Below are positions 8,938-17,500 of a stretch of 32,000 nt of DNA, piece after piece. The stretch's first letter is position 1. Each line of letters opens with the position of its first letter. The notes below the pieces were generated by a model. That model was not told the origin of the DNA and did no database searches. It worked only from the letters and a program-made list of their open reading frames with translations. Where the stretch lies: the NCBI GenBank assembly GCA_942493095.1, contig OW818675.1:1950001-1982000 (forward strand), written 5' to 3'. Origin of the DNA: Candidatus Electronema halotolerans (lineage in GTDB: Bacteria > Desulfobacterota > Desulfobulbia > Desulfobulbales > Desulfobulbaceae). Both the position numbers and the translations under genes were made by a program.

Positions 8938-9849
8938 ATGTGCGTTGATCTCCACACTCATTCAGTCTATTCCGACGGCACGGACAGCCCAGCCCGCCTG
9001 ATCAGCATGGCTGCGGCGGCTGGACTGACCGGCTTTGCCCTCACGGACCACGACACCGTGGAAGGGATGCCGGAAGTGCTGCGGCTTGGCCAGGAGCAGG
9101 GGATCAAGGTGATCAGCGGCTTGGAGATCAGTGCCAAGCATGGCGATATTTCAGTGCATATTCTTGGCTATGGCATTGACCCGGAGCATCCGCAGCTCAA
9201 TGCCTGGCTGAGTCGAATTCAGAAGGGCCGCCGGGAGCGCAATCAGCAAATCATGATAAAATTGGCCGCATTAGGCATGGAGATCAGCCTTGAAGAGGTG
9301 GAGCAGTTCTCCGGCTGCGGCCAGACCGGCAGGCCGCACATTGCCCGGCTGCTGACCGTCAAAGGGCATGTCAAACATCCGAGCCAGGCCTTTACGCGCT
9401 ACTTGGGCAGAAATAAAGCGGCCTGGCATCCCCGTTTTGCCTGTTCAGCAGCAGAAAGCATTGCTATAATACATCAAGCGGGCGGCGCAGCAGTGCTGGC
9501 TCATCCCGGTCTCATTGATCCAACCTTGAAAAAGCAGCCGCAGCTCATCCGCGAGTTGGCGGAGCGGGACATGGACGGCTTGGAGGCGCATTATCCCAAA
9601 CACAGCCACCAGATGACCGAGCTGTTCAGCAGCTTGGCCCGCCGCCATCAACTGCTGCTCACCGGCGGCAGCGACTATCACGGCGACAGCCGGATCAAGG
9701 GCTTGGCCGGACCGGCAACCGGCTTCTGTCCGCCGGATTCGATCATGGAGCAGCTCTGCCAACGCCTGAGCCGTCTGCAAGCCGCCTCTGTCAATCCAGA
9801 CCAAAAACCGCATCCAGACCAAGACCATGCAGACCATACTTGTTGTTGA
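8938..9849 (+). CDS. PHP-domain metal-dependent phosphoesterase (TrpH/YciV-like)
   Basis: From the internal ATG the protein reads MCVDLHTHSVYSDGTDSPARLISMAAAAGLTGFALTDHDTVEG...HILGYG...AHPG...GGSDYHG, the PHP His/Asp motif set. The track ORF starts at 8839, but that extension has no PHP similarity and covers the promoter region. Confidence 0.85.
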   Translation: MCVDLHTHSVYSDGTDSPARLISMAAAAGLTGFALTDHDTVEGMPEVLRLGQEQGIKVISGLEISAKHGDISVHILGYGIDPEHPQLNAWLSRIQKGRRERNQQIMIKLAALGMEISLEEVEQFSGCGQTGRPHIARLLTVKGHVKHPSQAFTRYLGRNKAAWHPRFACSAAESIAIIHQAGGAAVLAHPGLIDPTLKKQPQLIRELAERDMDGLEAHYPKHSHQMTELFSSLARRHQLLLTGGSDYHGDSRIKGLAGPATGFCPPDSIMEQLCQRLSRLQAASVNPDQKPHPDQDHADHTCC

Positions 9850-11218
9850 TGACGAGCCGAATTATCTGATTGTGCTCTCCGAACTGCTGCGCGACGAGGA
9901 CTACGAGGTCTTCACGGCTGACTGCGGCCCGGCAGCCCTGAAAATTGCCCGTGAGACTGACTTGGATTTGGTCCTGTCTGACATGAAGATGCCGGGCATG
10001 GACGGCATTGAGCTGCTCGCCAAGCTCAAGGAGTTCAACCGGCATCTGCCGGTAATTCTCGTCACCGCGTATGCGGAAGTGGGCAAGGCGGTCGAGGCCA
10101 TGCACCTTGGTGCCTTCACCTATTTGGCCAAGCCGTTTTCCAACGAGGCCCTGCTGGCGGCAGTGCGCAAGGCGGTTGAACATTACGGCCTGATCCAAGA
10201 AGTACACCGGCTGCGCAGCGAAGCCGCGCCCAAGTCCGGCTTTGGCGGCATGATCGGCAAAAATCCGAACATGCTGGCCGTGTATCGGCTGATTGAAAAG
10301 GTGGCCCCGACCATGTCCTCGGTGCTGATCACCGGCGAGTCCGGCACAGGCAAGGAATTGGTCGCCCGCGCCATTCACAATCTGAGCGAGCGGCGGGAAG
10401 CGCCGTTCATTTCGGTCAACTGCGCCGCCCTGTCTGAGCATCTGCTGGAAAGCGAGCTGTTCGGCCATGAAAAAGGCTCGTTCACGGATGCGGCCTACAT
10501 GCGCAAGGGCCGTTTTGAGCTGGCTGACACTGGCACCCTGTTTTTGGATGAAATCGGCGAGATGGCTCATTCGCTGCAAGCCAAGCTGCTGCGGGTCCTG
10601 CAAGAGAAAGCCTTTGAGCGGGTGGGCGGCAGCAAGACCATGCAGGTTGATGTGCGCATTCTTGCCGCCACCAACAAAGACTTGAAAGATGAGGTTGACA
10701 AGGGCAATTTCCGCGAAGACCTCTACTACCGCCTCAATGTCATTCATATCCACATGCCGCCGTTGCGCGAGCGGGTTGATGACATTCCTGCCTTGGTCCA
10801 TCATTTCCTGAAGAAAAACGGGGCGCGGATGAACCGGGAAAGCTATGAGATTTCTCCAGAAGCCATGCGCCTTTTGGTCAGCCTGCCGTGGGAGGGCAAC
10901 ATCCGTGAGCTGGAAAACACCATTGAGCGGGCCGCCATTCTCTGCAACGAATTCCGCATTGAAGCCGAAGACGTGCAGCCGGATTCCAGCCAGCTGCCGA
11001 CCGCGCAGGAATGGAGCGCTGGTTTGGAACTGAGTCAGTTTGTCCCGGAAGGGCTGCCCTTGGCTGACATCCTCAACGGCATTGAGGAAAAATTGGTGCG
11101 GCAGGCCTTGGACGAGGCGGATCAGGTGCAGGCCAGAGCAGCGGAAAAGCTCGGCATCACCAAAAGCCTGCTGCAGTACAAGATGAAGAAATACAAGCTG
11201 CAACGGAAGCGGAAGTGA
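9827..11218 (+). CDS. sigma-54-dependent response regulator (NtrC family, PilR-like by context)
   Basis: REC domain (ILVVDDE...LVLSDMKMPGMDG...LAKPF). AAA+ sigma-54 interaction domain (Walker A GESGTGKE, GAFTGA-position loop reads GSFTDA, Walker B LFLDEIGEM). C-terminal Fis-type HTH (AAEKLGITKSLLQYKMKKY). Overlaps the PHP gene by 23 nt and sits directly upstream of two -24/-12 promoters. Confidence 0.92.
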   Translation: MQTILVVDDEPNYLIVLSELLRDEDYEVFTADCGPAALKIARETDLDLVLSDMKMPGMDGIELLAKLKEFNRHLPVILVTAYAEVGKAVEAMHLGAFTYLAKPFSNEALLAAVRKAVEHYGLIQEVHRLRSEAAPKSGFGGMIGKNPNMLAVYRLIEKVAPTMSSVLITGESGTGKELVARAIHNLSERREAPFISVNCAALSEHLLESELFGHEKGSFTDAAYMRKGRFELADTGTLFLDEIGEMAHSLQAKLLRVLQEKAFERVGGSKTMQVDVRILAATNKDLKDEVDKGNFREDLYYRLNVIHIHMPPLRERVDDIPALVHHFLKKNGARMNRESYEISPEAMRLLVSLPWEGNIRELENTIERAAILCNEFRIEAEDVQPDSSQLPTAQEWSAGLELSQFVPEGLPLADILNGIEEKLVRQALDEADQVQARAAEKLGITKSLLQYKMKKYKLQRKRK

Positions 11219-11423
11219 GCAAGTCGCCAAGGCCCAAGGTGCTGCCTTGGGCTGCGGGAACTCCGGCGCATCGAGCGGAGCAGGCCCCGTGCAACTTTTT
11301 AATACCAGCCTGCTGTCTTGTAAACTTTTTTAATACTTCGCGCAGAATCAAAATGGAAAGCAAAAAATAATGTTGCGTAAAAAGACATTTTATTGCTTGC
11401 GGTTAGAGCATTTTTTCTGCAAC

Positions 11424-11439
11424 AGGCATGTTTCTTGCT
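11424..11439 (+). promoter_or_regulatory. sigma-54 (-24/-12) promoter P1
   Basis: aGGCATgtttcTTGCTg: GG at 11425-11426 and GC at 11437-11438, exactly the 12-nt offset of the TGGCAC-N5-TTGC consensus, about 30 nt upstream of the pseudopilin start. Confidence 0.7.
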
Positions 11440-11469
11440 GAAACTTTCAACAAGAATAATGCAATCGTC

Positions 11470-11973
11470 ATGATCATGTTGGAAAAACGCATCAAAGACA
11501 GTTCCGGGTTTTCGCTTATGGAATTGATGGTGGTCATCGCCATGATAGGCATTCTCTCGGCTGTGGCTCTGCCGGGTATTCTCCACGCCCTGCCGGAACA
11601 ACGCTTGAAAAATGCCGCCCGCAATCTCTATGCGGACATGCAGCGGGCAAGAATGCTGGCTGTGAAAGAAAACAAAAGAATGTACGTCAAATTTTCTGGT
11701 TCGGATACAGCAGATGCAGCAGATGATTTTTATTATTGTGTTGATGATACGAAGAAAGGCCCTGAAAATGCTGTGTTCAGGAGAAACTTGTCAGAGGATG
11801 GCGATGTGAGTTTTGGAAAGACAAACAATATAAGTTTCGGTCCTACTGGTTCTGCTGGCACAGGTTCAACGTATCTGAAAAATCAAAATCAAGATGTATG
11901 TTATGTAATTATTACGACAAGACATGGGCATGTGCGCATAGATCGAAAAGAAACTGGCTGTCTGTGGAACTGA
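11470..11973 (+). CDS. type IV pilus/T2SS-type minor pseudopilin, FimT/GspH-like (paralog 1)
   Basis: Prepilin leader and methylation motif MIMLEKRIKDSSG|FSLMELMVVIAMIGILSAVALPG with Glu+5. Followed by the GspH/FimT-type helix LKNAARNLYADMQRARMLAV. The track start (11428) lies inside the sigma-54 promoter and is unlikely. No obvious SD before 11470. Confidence 0.8.
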   Translation: MIMLEKRIKDSSGFSLMELMVVIAMIGILSAVALPGILHALPEQRLKNAARNLYADMQRARMLAVKENKRMYVKFSGSDTADAADDFYYCVDDTKKGPENAVFRRNLSEDGDVSFGKTNNISFGPTGSAGTGSTYLKNQNQDVCYVIITTRHGHVRIDRKETGCLWN

Positions 11974-11993
11974 CTCAAGTAACAGTTTTGAAT

Positions 11994-12009
11994 CGGCATG
12001 TTCTTTGCT
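11994..12009 (+). promoter_or_regulatory. sigma-54 (-24/-12) promoter P2
   Basis: cGGCATgttctTTGCTg: GG at 11995-11996 and GC at 12007-12008, the same 12-nt offset. It is a near-copy of P1. Confidence 0.7.
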
Positions 12010-12047
12010 GAAATTTTCAACAGAAATAATGCAATCAAAATAAGGTC

Positions 12048-12614
12048 ATGATCATGTTAGAAAAATACACCAAAGACAGTTCTGGTTTTTCATTTATGGA
12101 ATTGATGGTGGTCATCGCCATGATAGGCATTCTCTCGGCTGTGGCTCTGCCGGGTATTCTGCGCGCCCTGCCGGAACAACGTGTGAAGAACGCCGCCCGC
12201 AATCTCTATGCGGACATGCAGCGGGCAAGAATGCTGGCGGTGAAGAATAATAGAACCGTTTCAGTGCGATTTAATGGTGGTGGTTATTATATTGATGCTG
12301 ATGATGACGACAGTTTCAACCCTGACACACCTGATGAATTAAGAAGAAATTTATCGGAAGATGGCGATGTGAGTTTTGGTTCTGGGAAGGCTCAAAAAGA
12401 TTGGGAAGACACACCAAATCCTCTTCCAAGTTCACCTACAGATGATACTATGTTCAGTTCTACTGGAGAAGTCACTTTTGATTCCGGCTCAACTACTCGC
12501 AGCGTAATTTTGTTGCAAAATCAAAATCAAGATGTGTGTTACGCGGTAATAACAACAAGTTTTGGGGCTGTGCAAATACGGCGTTTCAATGGAAGCGACT
12601 GGGATAAACTGTGA
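12048..12614 (+). CDS. type IV pilus/T2SS-type minor pseudopilin, FimT/GspH-like (paralog 2)
   Basis: MIMLEKYTKDSSG|FSFMELMVVIAMIGILSAVALPG...VKNAARNLYADMQRARMLAV...LLQNQNQDVCYAVITTSFGAVQIRR. AAGG SD 3-4 nt upstream. Confidence 0.85.
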   Translation: MIMLEKYTKDSSGFSFMELMVVIAMIGILSAVALPGILRALPEQRVKNAARNLYADMQRARMLAVKNNRTVSVRFNGGGYYIDADDDDSFNPDTPDELRRNLSEDGDVSFGSGKAQKDWEDTPNPLPSSPTDDTMFSSTGEVTFDSGSTTRSVILLQNQNQDVCYAVITTSFGAVQIRRFNGSDWDKL

Positions 12615-12644
12615 GAAGGCAGCAACTTTTTCAAGAGTGCTAAG

Positions 12645-13325
12645 ATGAAAAAAATAATGCGGCAGGAAATCGGCATGACGCTTGTCGAACTCATGGTCTC
12701 CTTGGTCATTTCCAGCTTTGTGATAGCTGGAGTGTATGGAGTATATACACTCCAAAAGAAGAGCTACACTGTGCAGGAGCAAGTAGCCGAAATGCAGCAG
12801 CGGCTTCGTTCTGCTATGGATTTTTTAGTGCGGGACATAAGAATGGCTGGTTCAAATCCAGACATGGAAAGCAGATGCAGCACTAAAATTACCACAGCTG
12901 CAGCAGATAATATGGTGTTTAGAGCCTGCAACATGGATACAGACGATAATGATTTTGAAATTACTGTTAATTTCAATAGCGGCGAAAATAAAATCAGCTT
13001 GACAAGGAATAATCTAAACACAAACACAGCAAATTCAATGCCGATAGCAGAAAGTGTGGATTGGTTTGAGATGCTGTATATTTCAGGTTATGATAATGTT
13101 GGCAATCCAATACCTGCTGATGTTGCCACTAAAGATGGCAGAGATAAAATTCGTGCTGTGCAAATATCATTACTGATTCGTTCATCGTATCCTGATATGA
13201 AATATACGGATACAACTACGTATAAAATGGGGTCTGGAACTGAATGGACACCTCCCGCAGCGGCTCAACACTATCACCGCAGACTTCTTGTAACCACAAT
13301 TCAGCTGCGAAATATGTTGCAGTAG
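12645..13325 (+). CDS. pilW: type IV pilus minor pilin, PilW-like
   Basis: Leader MKKIMRQEIG|MTLVELMVSLVISSFVIAG, then ...QQRLRSAMDFLVRDIRMAG, the pattern I associate with PilW. Confidence 0.7.
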   Translation: MKKIMRQEIGMTLVELMVSLVISSFVIAGVYGVYTLQKKSYTVQEQVAEMQQRLRSAMDFLVRDIRMAGSNPDMESRCSTKITTAAADNMVFRACNMDTDDNDFEITVNFNSGENKISLTRNNLNTNTANSMPIAESVDWFEMLYISGYDNVGNPIPADVATKDGRDKIRAVQISLLIRSSYPDMKYTDTTTYKMGSGTEWTPPAAAQHYHRRLLVTTIQLRNMLQ

Positions 13326-13338
13326 AGGTTGCGAAACA

Positions 13339-13836
13339 ATGAAAAAACAAGCCGGTTTCACCCTGATTGAGACGTTGATGGCAATGGCCATCTTCACCAT
13401 TGGCATTCTTTCTCTTTTTGGAATGCAGTCAGCAGCAATCACAAAAAACGTGGTGGCCAACAAAATCACCGCAGGCTCCACATGGGCCGCTGATCAAGTG
13501 GAGCAGCTGATCAGTTTTCCGTATAATCATCCTTTTCTTGCCGATGGCGGTGGAACTAAGAATGGTTGTGGAGGACTTGATGATTGGCCTGATGCAGATG
13601 GTTCTAAAAAAGGAAGTGATTTTTTGTCGTCACCTCCGTACTACAATATCTACTGGAATGTCGCTGATGACTGTACATTGATCGATATTCCAAAAGATAC
13701 TATAGAAAATCCAGATGAAGTGCAGCGGCCAAAGCATGTCAGGATTCTTGTCACCAGAGTCAACGGCAATGGAACTGAAGAATTAACAGCAACTTACAGC
13801 TATATAAAACAGAATGTTATTAAAAAAAAGGATTAA
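13339..13836 (+). CDS. pilV: type IV pilus minor pilin, PilV-like
   Basis: MKKQAG|FTLIETLMAMAIFTIGILSLFGMQ: prepilin cleavage/methylation motif and PilV-type N-terminus. Confidence 0.7.
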   Translation: MKKQAGFTLIETLMAMAIFTIGILSLFGMQSAAITKNVVANKITAGSTWAADQVEQLISFPYNHPFLADGGGTKNGCGGLDDWPDADGSKKGSDFLSSPPYYNIYWNVADDCTLIDIPKDTIENPDEVQRPKHVRILVTRVNGNGTEELTATYSYIKQNVIKKKD

Positions 13837-13849
13837 GAAGGCGACTTTC

Positions 13850-14530
13850 ATGAACAATGGAACAAAAAATACAAACGGCGAAAGCGGCTTTGTCATGATT
13901 GCTTCGCTGCTTATTCTTCTGGTGCTGACCGTCTTAGGCGTTGCTGTCAACAGAAACACCGAGATAGAATGGCAGATCGCCATGAACGACCGCGTCCATA
14001 AAGAGACCTTTTACAATGCCGACGCGGCCACTGAGCTGGCTTCTGAAATTTTGGAGCAAAGCATTGCCTGTCTGGGATTTGGCCAGAATCCGAGTGGGAT
14101 GACTCTTGCCGGAGCTAATAATAACAATGTGTACATTGATCCAAGTTCACTTGGATTTTGGCGGAATTACGCGCCAAACGGCATTGAATTTCCTACTGAA
14201 GAAGATCCTGATTGGGGCACAGATGTTGTTCGTCCAGACATTATTTATCCAGTATCTGGAGCTTTCAGCCCTTATGATTCCTTAAAAAAGAATAACGCTG
14301 ACTGGCGGCCTCATGCCAGAATCAAAATCGGCGGCAACACCAAGCTGACTGCCGGAGCCGCGATTCAGATGGCCGCAGGCTACGAGGGTGTCGGCAAAAG
14401 TCTGGCAATGAACGGTGCTGTCCTGATATACGACATCAAGGTGACGGAGATTGGCGAACGCGGCAGCATATCAAGGATATCGGTTCAATACGGCCATGCT
14501 CTTGGCACTGAAGGAACCTGCAACTATTAG
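13850..14530 (+). CDS. pilX: PilX-like minor pilin (PilX N-terminal domain)
   Basis: MNNGTKNTNGESG|FVMIASLLILLVLTVLGVAVNRNTEIEWQIAMN...ADAATELASE. No Glu+5, as is typical of PilX_N proteins. AAGG SD upstream. The track start at 13814 overlaps the pilV end and is less likely. Confidence 0.65.
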   Translation: MNNGTKNTNGESGFVMIASLLILLVLTVLGVAVNRNTEIEWQIAMNDRVHKETFYNADAATELASEILEQSIACLGFGQNPSGMTLAGANNNNVYIDPSSLGFWRNYAPNGIEFPTEEDPDWGTDVVRPDIIYPVSGAFSPYDSLKKNNADWRPHARIKIGGNTKLTAGAAIQMAAGYEGVGKSLAMNGAVLIYDIKVTEIGERGSISRISVQYGHALGTEGTCNY

Positions 14531-14596
14531 CGGCAGCAAAGGTTTGAGGATTTTCAAGATTGACGCGATGAGCGCGGATTCTTAGGAGGGAAGATT

Positions 14597-17500
14597 ATGA
14601 AAAAAATATGTTGCGCAGCCTTGTTCGGCCTGACCGGAGCAGTTCTGCTTCCGGCGGCTGGCCTTGCCGCCAATGTCTGCGGCCAAGGCGTTGGCATTCC
14701 ACCTTTTCTGTCCTCTGGGGCCAAGCCCAACCTGCTGATGGTGCTGGACAACTCCGGCTCCATGCTGGATGCGGCCTACACTGACACCACGTACTGTAGC
14801 GACGGTTCCACATGCAATACTAATACTGGCAAATGTACTGACGGCAGCGAATGCGGCGCATTCTGCTTTGATGACACCTATGACAAAGACACAACCTATG
14901 CCGGTTATTTCCAGAATGACCAGTGGTATGTATGGACTGAGGGCACCTATAAGCCGTGGGTGAACGGCAAAACTGATTATAAGAAAGGAGACAGGGTTTA
15001 TGTCCAAGGTGTCATTTGGGAGGCTAATAATGACGGCACCTCCAGCGGCACCTCGCCTGATGATGATGCCAATGTGATTTGGAGCAAAGTTTTTTCCATA
15101 CCAAAATGGAAAAATGGCGCAACCTACAGCAAAGATGACATAGTCTGGTCCGGGCCGCAGCTCTACAAGGCATTGAACGCAGGAACCAGCACAGACTCCA
15201 ATCCTGTTGACGGAACCAATCTTGAAGGCAGCAATACAACCAATGTGACATGGGAGGCTGTTGATTCCACATGGCTGAACGGCAAAGAATACGGAGCAGG
15301 TGATATTGTTGCCTATAGAGGTGTGCTGTATGAAACTGCTGCTGGCGGCACATCTAACGGCACCAGCGTTTATGACGACACCGGTGTTATTTGGAATTCT
15401 TTGGATGAGGGTTCTTTTGTCGCTGTCAGCATGAGCGGGGCGCAGACCGCCTGCTCGACAGCTCCAGGAGCCACGAACAAATATACGAACGGCGAACTCT
15501 GCATCAGCCTTAACACAACTCCTGAGCCGGACCAAGTTGCCGCCTTTGCGGCACGGGGCAATCTGCTCAACTGGGCTGCGGCTTCCAAATTTGATGTGGA
15601 GAAGAAAATTCTCACAGGCGGCAAGTACAATTACAAGGAACAGTTCTTGGTCAGCGAGCACCGGGGCTGCTCCGGCTCGCGTCTGATCAAGCAGATTCAG
15701 ATAGCTGGCGCAGGCACTGCGGATACAGCTGACGATAAGTTCCTCAGTCTCGGAGTGCGCAGCTCGCGCTACAGTGATGCCCCGCTTTATGAAGATCGGA
15801 TTGACAGCACAGATGATACTGGACGGCTGGAAGTGCTGGCAATTACGAACAAGGGGTATCAAATGTCTGATAAATGTCAATATGCTATTGACAAGATCGC
15901 GAAAAATGATGGTGATTTGAACGGCACGCAAAATGCGATTGACCAATGCATCACCAGTTTTCCAAGCTCTAACAGCAAGCTGACCGACATGCGGCCTGCG
16001 CTCAATCACAGTCTGCAGGCTTGCTGGCAGGATGACCCAACGACAGATGTTTTTGAAATCAACAACGGAAAATTCAAAAGCCTCGTAGATGCCTGCTGGG
16101 CACTGTACACGGGCGAGGGAAATGGTCAGCTCTCCACGGATGGACGGAAATACGATCCGGCGGAACTTCGTCCGGCGGATGGTGGGCCATATATTTGCTA
16201 TGGTTTGTATGATTCAGGCGTGGATGCAGAAAACAGGACTGGTTACATAGGCCGCGTCTGGAATACGCTTGGAGAGGGCAGCTCCATGACCTGCAATCCT
16301 TGGAAACCAAGCGATGTGCCTTATACCTGTCCTGGCAGTGCAACTACCTGTTATTGGGAATACAATGCTGACAATCAACCTGTAGCTGTCGCAATAACAA
16401 AGGACGGCGAGCCAGCCTATAAGAACGATGGCAATATGGTTTACAAATGCACCTCTTGGCTCAAAGGCGAGTGTAAAGACAATGGCTTGGAGCAGGTGTA
16501 CAAACGTTCTGACGGGGCGTTTTATTATGATGATTCAACCTGCGGCATTTCTGAAGGCAGTACGACAGGCTCTGACTGGGAGAATCCAGATTGGGCTGAC
16601 TCCCCTGCTGATCCGACCAACAACGGCATTGTCCAAGCGATCAAAGATTACTGCGATGCCCTGCGAATACCAGAGGTCATTGATCCTTCTGATGCCGCCG
16701 GAAAAACAAGCTCAACCGGTGGCATGCCGGGACTGCTCAGGGATTCCGAGCTGATGGCTTTTCTGGGCGGCGGCGAACCGCTGGCAACCATGAAAAGCTA
16801 TATCTATCAGGCCAAGCGGCCAGAGGGCGTGGTGCATCGGGTGGCCGGTGATTTACGGCTTGGCGTGATGTCCTTCCGGTACGTGGGCGCAAAAACTGAA
16901 TGCGATCTTGCGGAAACGGATTCCAAGATTGAGAAGTACTGTCCGCTGAACAACATGGATGGTGCCTTGCTCCGCACCCCGCTGGAAGTGGGCGACTATG
17001 TCACAGACAGCGATGACTCAAGCTATGAGAGCGGCAAGCGGCGGCATGTCGATGATCTGGCCGAGGCGATCAACACCACGCGGGGCACTTCATGGACACC
17101 GCTGGCTGAGGCCATGTACGAGGCTATAGGCTATTACACCCAGAACATCAACTTCTGTCTGAATAAGGATGCCAGCACAGGGGAGTGCATGGATTTTCCG
17201 ACAGCGGACAATCCAGCTTATTTCCCCACCGTGACAAAGTCTGATCCGATTCAGTACTGGTGCCAGGACAATCATATCTTGGTGATCACCGAGGGCGAGT
17301 CCACAGCGGATATCAACGAGCAGGTGAAAAAACTCTCCGGGCAGGTGAAAGAGGATGATCCGCATATCCTTTCAAAGAACTGCCCCGGCACCTGCACAAC
17401 ACACGGCCAAGAGAGCGGCTGTCTGTCCGGTCCGTTAGATAAGTTGAAGAGCGGCGATGGGGATGACCCGGACGGTGACGGAGCGGATAACACTGTTTGT

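Noticed and set aside
9791-11230. 479-aa ORF on the minus strand
   Set aside because: It is exactly antisense to the sigma-54 activator gene, whose plus-strand translation carries unambiguous REC, AAA+ and HTH motifs. The antisense product is low-complexity (L/Q/G/R-rich) with no motif. This is the typical GC-rich shadow ORF.
11343-11355. AATCAAAAT motif upstream of P1, also found upstream of P2 (about 11881) and in gene 2 (about 12517), as a possible activator binding site
   Set aside because: In two of the three places it simply encodes the conserved NQNQD peptide of the pseudopilins. The distances to the promoters differ (about 80 versus about 114 nt), so this is probably coincidence.
14582-16009. 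475-aa minus-strand ORF, plus several other 60-230-aa ORFs inside 14.6-21.1 kb
   Set aside because: They are antisense or out of frame to the pilY1 reading frame, which is continuous for 2182 codons with recognisable domains. There are no RBS or motifs.
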